Positions 1 through 5,052 of a DNA stretch of 5,052 nt are shown piece by piece. A model generated the notes under the pieces. The model saw only the letters and a program-made list of their open reading frames with translations, ran no database searches and was not told the origin of the DNA. How positions within the stretch are numbered: position 1 is the stretch's first letter; every line of letters begins with the position of its first letter. A program made the position numbers and the translations under genes. The stretch lies in assembly GCA_965644295.1 (NCBI GenBank), contig CBFFRP010000595.1, forward strand, positions 1 through 5,052. The letters are read 5' to 3'. The stretch is from Paraphysomonas bandaiensis (taxonomy: Eukaryota; Protista; Chrysophyceae).

Positions 1-90
1 TCAAATGAATTTAAATTGAAACTTTCCCCTACGTTGGTATTTAGCTATCCAACTATTGATGATATCACTGGCCACATTCTTGAATTGCTT
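1..90 (+). other. C-terminal half of an acyl carrier protein (ACP) domain
   Basis: SNEFKLKLSPTLVFSYPTIDDITGHILELL matches the ACP C-terminal consensus LxLPxTLxFDYPTxxxLxxxL. Confidence 0.9.
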
Positions 91-3000
91 GGTGTTTCCG
101 ACGTAAAGGAAGAGCCAGAACATGGGCTGACCAGGACATCGAACTCTCGATTTGACAGTGGCGATATGGCTATAGTTGGTGTAAGTTGTCGATTACCTGG
201 CGATGTGAATGATTTGAATTCAATGTGGGAAATGCTCAGTGGAGGTCGTGATGCGACAAGCGTGGTGTCTCCATCTCGCTGGGATGTGGATGCATTAATT
301 GCACGCAGTGATTTGATGGATCCGAGTGTGTTGGATCGTGTTCGTCACGGCGGTTTTTTGTCAGATGATGTTTTGGAGGGTTTTGATGCACCTTTATTTG
401 GAATTTCTGATGCAGAAGCCTCCCATATGGACCCTACCCACCGTTTGTTATTACAATGTGCCTACGAGGCCTTATGTGATGCAGGGTACGATATGTCGAC
501 AATGAAAGGTCAGAAGATTGGGGTATTTGTGGGGATTTCTGGTGTGGTTTCTTGTGATAACACTTCAAATACGTCACATAGTAACGACAAGTCGTTGCCA
601 TCAGTGTATGATGCCACAGGAAACACTCTTTCTGTCGCATCGGGTCGAATATCTTACGCATTAGGGTTGTGCGGCCCTTGCATGACTTGTGACACCGCAT
701 GTTCATCCTCGCATGTAGCACTGCACTCTGCCCGGCGCTGCCTACAGCACAACGAATGTGACAGTGCTCTAGTTATCAGTGTGAATTGTTTATCCACGGC
801 GTCATCTGTGGCGTGTGCTATGGCTGGCATGACATCGCCTGATGGCAAGTGCCACACCTTTGACGAGTCAGCCAACGGGTACTGTAGAGCTGAAGGATGT
901 GGTGCCTTAGTATTGAAGCGATTGAGTGAAGCTGAACGAGATAATGATGGTATTTATGCAGTTGTACGAGGGTCGGCAGTGATGCAGGACGGTAAGAGTG
1001 CTAGTTTGACAGCCCCCAATGGTCTTGCCCAGGAGCAGCTTCTTCGTGCGGCATTATCAGATGCCGGAGTGGATGCTGGTGATGTATCTCTTATTGAGGC
1101 TCACGGGACTGGGACGAAATTAGGTGATCCTATTGAGACGGAGGCTTTATCGTCGGTATATGGTCATGGGCGAAGTGAAGAGAATACATTGTATGTTTCT
1201 GGTGTAAAAGCGAATATCGGTCACATGGAGGCAGCAGCTGGTATAGGAGGTATATTGTCAGCGATATTGGCACTTCATTATAAGCAAGCTCCTCCGAATG
1301 CCCAGCTGCGTGAGCTGAACTCGAAGGTGGCAGCATCTGTGTCAGGCAGTCCGATTTCGTTTCCCACGGAACCTACTCCATTGGTTCGACATGGGGATCG
1401 TCCTTTGTTAGCTGGAGTGAGTTCATTTGGTTACAGCGGCACAATATCTCATGTGATATTGGAAGAAGCTCCCATCTCTCACTCCCGCTCGCCTGGTGTA
1501 CTTTCTAGTAGCAAATCCTCCTCCACTGTATTGTCGGAAACATGTATAGCGGGTATGGTGTGGCAATTTGCTGGACAGGGGACACTCAGTGTTGGCGCAT
1601 TGCGCGATATGTATGAGTCGGAATCTACGTTTCGTGACGCTTTGAGTCGGTGTGATGATATTCTTCGATCTCATCTGGGTGTAGGTGCATCTGAGTTATT
1701 GTATCCTGGGATCTGTGGTAGTTTGACTGAGATTAGTGCAGCGGAGCACCTTTCGGAGACTGTGTACTCTCAGCCTATACTGGTGGCTCTTGAGTATTGT
1801 CTGAGTCAGGTGTGGTTGTCACGGGGTATTCGCCCAGCTGCAGTGATGGGTCACAGTCTAGGAGAGTATGCAGCTGCTATTGTCAGCGGAGTTTTGTCAT
1901 TGGAGGATAGTTTGCGACTGGTGTGTATACGTGGTCGCTTGATGCAGGAGAGTGATGGGTGTGTGGGTTGCATGTATGCTGTCCGAGCAACAGCTGATGA
2001 GGTAATCAGTGCAATCTCTGATTCAGGTTTGACGAACGAAGTGTCTGTGGCTGCAGTGAATGGACCTCGTAGTGTGGTAATATCCGGGTCTGTGAATGGA
2101 GTTCAGAAAGTGTTGAACAGCACTGGTTTGATGAATATGAGTCATCGTCAGTTGAATGTATCGAGGGCATTTCACTCTCCGTTGATGGCAGATATTATTT
2201 CTGCTTATGAGAAGGAGCTGCTATTAGTACAGTTTAATCATCCGACGGTTAAGTTTGTGTCTACTGTGACGGGACATTATGCGGATGAGGAGTTAATATC
2301 ATCGTCATATTGGTTGAAGCATATATTGCAGCCAGTGTTGTATGAGTCAGCAGTGGAGGTATGTTATAGTGGAGAGAGTCGTGATGGCACCTGTGTGTTT
2401 GTTGAGATGGGAGCGGATTCTACATTGAGCCGAATGGGTCAAAATATCTCTCGAAGTTCTAAAGTCCAGTGGAAATGCGGTGTTGATACAATCGAAGATT
2501 TGATAGTTTTATGTCCCCCAGTTGTGAGCAACGTGTCTAGAACTACTACACGGTATGCTTGGTACAATAGATGTCACGCTCTTCTGCAAGAATCCAATGT
2601 GGATAGCGTCTCTGGAGATGTTATCTTTACGATTCGTCTGCATTCTAGTATACTGATGTCATGGTTGTTCGATTATAAACAAGGAGATAACGTAGTAGTC
2701 CCTGTCGGAGCAGTTGTGGAAATGTTTTGTGCCATTGCAAGTCGAAGGAATGAGCGTGGAGTGTTTGAAAATGCTACAAGGCTATCATCGGCTCAACTTG
2801 AGGGGCTGCAGCTGTTCGATAGAATCATAGTTGATACCACTGCTGCGAGTATATATGAAAACAAGGAAGTGACAACATTGTGGTGTTCTTGTAGTGATAG
2901 TGGTATTCTTAGCTTATACAGCATCTCTGCTGGTACGAAAGTAATTCACGCGCACTGTTCTATATCGAAAAATAGTTTAGATATTGCAGTCCCTGAGAAA

Positions 3001-5052
3001 GTGCAGACCTATGCAGAAGAAGTTGATGTGGCTACTATTTATGATCGCCCTGATTTCGTACAACTTGGACAATCCTTTCGTCTACTTCACAGTGTTCATG
3101 TTTCTGACTGCAGGTCCCGCGCTTTTGCAGTCATCAATGTTCCTGACAAACTAATGTGGTCAACATATCTGCTTCCACCCCCATTTATTGAGGCTATGTT
3201 TTTAGCGTCATCTGTTTTGTTCTCTGAATTTGATGGGTCAACAGGAGAAAGTATGGGCGACATGAAAGTACCTGGCGAAGTTGATAAGCTGTGGGTTATA
3301 TCTGACAATATTGGTAGTTTATGGAATCAAAACTTTTGCGAGGTGTATATGGAACGTCAAAGTAATCGAAATGGTGTAGTTGTAAACTTCACTGTATTAA
3401 ATAAAGAAGGGTCAGCTATATTGTGTGCTGAAGGCGTTGTTATGAGAAATATGGCAGAATTTAGTGGTGGTGCTCCAGACAACACTTCCACAGCCATATT
3501 ACAGAGCCAGTGGAAATTTTCTGGACCAGTTAATACTACGCCTTGCTCTATACCATCATGTTTGTTTGTTGGACCAGGTGAGACATGTACAGCAATTATA
3601 GATGTTCTAAATAGCAGCAATTTCACAATGGATATCGCTGACCATGTTAGCATCGGGCCCAATAACGTTTCTCTTATTATTCAAAACGACAAGAAGTACA
3701 ATATGGCTGTTGTTGTTGTTGAAGGCATCGTTGCTTGTGATTCTATCGCAACGTCATACGACCCCATGAATGCTCTTCATTTAAAGGCTTGGCTTGAAGC
3801 TATTGAAATTTTGTGCGGAAGAACGAAGAATTTGATAGTTTTGTCTACAGTAGGAAATGAAGGCGATAACGTTTTCTACAACACGCTTATTGGTGCAGTA
3901 CGATGCGCTCAGTTGGAATATCCAGCAGTGCATATAGTGGTTATTGATATCGATTCATCGATTTCTGATGTGGAAGGCATGTGTGCTGCTTTGCAGAATG
4001 AGATATCTATAATGGATGGTGAGATGGAAGTTAAGTATCGTGATGGTGTGCGTATGGTGAAGCGCTACGAGCCATTAGATTTACCTGTTACCAATACTGG
4101 TGACAATCGCAATGTGGAGGGAGGTACATTCATCATAACCGGTGGGTTAGGTGGACTTGGACTATTGACTGCAAGGGTATTAGCTAGTCATGGTGCGTCT
4201 AGATTAGTACTTTTATCTCGATCTGGCAAGGTATCATATACCGGCCAGGGTCTGGAGTTGGAATTGGAGTGGCTTCGGGAGTCTTCTGGCAGTGAGGTTC
4301 ATGTGATGTGTTGCGACGTATCTGACGAGTCTTCTGTAGTGGATATGTTGCGAGAGGTTCGTGAGATGGGTGGGGGTATTCGGGGAATCATTCATGCAGC
4401 AGGAGTACTTCGTGATGCGTTGATTCGTGGGGGTGGTGCGGCATCTGGTTGTGCTGATGTGTGGGCATCTAAGGCGCACAGTGCGTGGTTATTACACAAG
4501 CACACGTTGGAGGATTCCCTTTCAACATTTGTTGTATATTCGTCAATCGTATCCGCTATCGGAAATATTGGTCAATCTGCTTATGGTGCCGCAAATAGTT
4601 ATTTGGATGGACTTGTAGAGTATCGTGTTCGTAACGGTTTACCTGGTGTTAGTATTCGGTGGCCGGCGGTTTCTGGAGTTGGTATGGCGGCAGCAACGGG
4701 TGCAGACACTGCTGAAGTATCAATTGATCAAGAGTATGCCTGTATATTGGTTAGACTCTTTATTATTTGTAATCATTTTTGTGATGTATTTTCTGTTTGT
4801 CCAATTGGTGCATTTGGTTTGATGAGTCAAGCGGTTGAGATGCAGTTTTCTTCAACCACTTTGTCGCTTTTGAAGAAGCTTGAAGAGAAGCCACGGATTC
4901 ACGACGTTGCAGTACTTTCTCCTAACGAAATTCGACTAAACGTGAAAACCTTGGTTTTGACGATGATTGATTCTGGTGACATCACCGATGACGCTCACTT
5001 AATGGACTACGGCATGGATTCTCTAGGTATGACGGAACTTGCGAATCAGTTA
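1..5052 (+). CDS. Type I modular polyketide synthase, internal fragment open at both ends; one full module ACP'-KS-AT-DH0-KR-'ACP (1684 aa)
   Basis: Manual translation of frame +1 from base 1 (SNEFKLKLSPTLVFSYPT...) to base 5052 (...GMDSLGMTELANQL) gives no stop codon. It shows ordered PKS motifs: DTACSSS, EAHGTGT, KANIGH, GQG, GHSLG, AFHS, GGLGGLG, YGAAN, GMDSL. Confidence 0.97.
163..1473 (+). other. Ketosynthase (KS) domain with intact Cys-His-His triad
   Basis: Starts DMAIVGVSCRLPG; contains FDAPLFGISDAEASHMDP and GRISYALGLCGP. Catalytic Cys is in DTACSSS (700-702), His in EAHGTGTKLGDPIE (1102-1104), His in KANIGHME (1222-1224). Ends GVSSFGYSGTISHVILEEAP. Confidence 0.97.
1555..2460 (+). 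other. Acyltransferase (AT) domain in cis, probably malonyl-CoA selective
   Basis: MVWQFAGQG (GQG 1573-1581), TVYSQP, catalytic GHSLG (Ser 1855-1857), conserved Arg in RGRLMQ (1930-1932), AAVNGPRSVVISG, RAFHS (2164-2178), STVTG, YWLKHILQPV, FVEMG. Confidence 0.95.
2575..3453 (+). other. Dehydratase-like (DH) domain, catalytically degenerate (DH0)
   Basis: HALLQ corresponds to HPLL. WLFDYKQGDNVVVP corresponds to WLxDHxxxGxxxxP with His->Tyr. QLGQSFR corresponds to YGPxF. LLPPPFIEAMFL corresponds to HPALLDAxxQ with Asp->Glu. Ends NFTVLNKEGSAILCAEGVVMR. Confidence 0.8.
3496..4074 (+). other. KR structural (pseudo-KR) subdomain
   Basis: ILQSQW corresponds to LYxxxW. LIGAVRCAQLEYP...VVIDID corresponds to LWGLxRxxxxExP...xDL. 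EMEVKYRDGVRMVKRY corresponds to ExEVAxRxGxRxVxRL. It runs directly into the catalytic KR, leaving no room for an ER. Confidence 0.82.
4123..4830 (+). other. Ketoreductase (KR) catalytic domain, B-type, apparently active
   Basis: NADPH-binding TFIITGGLGGLG (GGLGGLG 4141-4161), LSRSG, CDVSD, HAAGVLRD (LDD-type motif 4408-4416), Lys (4471-4473), YSS (Ser-Ser 4540-4545), GQSAYGAAN (Tyr 4582-4584, Asn 4594-4596), SIRWP. The C-terminal boundary is approximate. Confidence 0.93.
4921..5052 (+). other. N-terminal half of an ACP domain with the phosphopantetheinyl-serine
   Basis: ...ITDDAHLMDYGMDSLGMTELANQL contains the GxDSL motif with Ser at 5020-5022. The domain is cut at the window edge. Confidence 0.92.

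Noticed and set aside
166-168. ATG at the start of the KS as a possible gene start
   Set aside because: The frame upstream is open and encodes a clear ACP C-terminus, so this is an internal Met.
3709-3720. (GTT)4 microsatellite
   Set aside because: It is too short and simply encodes a VVVV beta-strand in the pseudo-KR.
3454-4122. Possible enoylreductase or methyltransferase between DH and KR
   Set aside because: There are no ER (GGVG) or SAM-binding (LExGxGxG) motifs. The length and motifs are fully explained by the KR structural subdomain.
434-4479. Seven minus-strand ORFs of 68-101 aa in the supplied track
   Set aside because: All lie antisense to conserved PKS domains and carry no recognisable motifs; they are expected shadow ORFs.
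4427-4822. Two short + strand ORFs (63 and 65 aa, the second hydrophobic) in frame +2
   Set aside because: They are off-frame overlaps of the KR domain. The hydrophobicity follows from the T-rich composition, with no independent evidence of coding.
4734-4845. AT/T-rich stretch (14/60 G+C in line 4741) with GT and TGCAG that could be an intron
   Set aside because: Frame +1 stays open through it, and its length fits the expected KR C-terminal part. Splice donors are weak. RNA-seq would be needed to revisit this.
1-5052. Pseudogene, terminal direct repeats, mobile element, RNA gene or CRISPR array
   Set aside because: There are no stops or frameshifts, the two ends share no repeated sequence, and I saw no transposase, rRNA/tRNA-like segment or repeat-spacer pattern.

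Overview
The whole 5052-nt window is one uninterrupted reading frame on the + strand (frame +1, 1684 codons, no stop codon). The ORF track misses it because it has no stop. It encodes exactly one module of a type I modular polyketide synthase: [C-terminal half of ACP]-KS-AT-DH(inactive)-KR(structural + catalytic, B-type)-[N-terminal half of ACP], with no ER or MT. Several motifs (AGMTSPDGKCHTFD, QDGKSASLTAPNG, PNAQLRxLN, SSFGYSGTI, SRSGxxxxxGQGL, WPxVxGxGM) resemble microalgal/protist PKSs rather than bacterial ones. Most strikingly, the last base joins the first in frame and rebuilds a complete ACP with canonical spacing (GMDSLGMTELANQL|SNEFKLKLSPTLVFSYPTI). The window therefore behaves as a closed, stop-free circle one module long, most likely a collapsed tandem array of near-identical modules in a giant PKS that would make a 1,3-polyol tract. 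All short ORFs in the supplied track are antisense or off-frame shadows.
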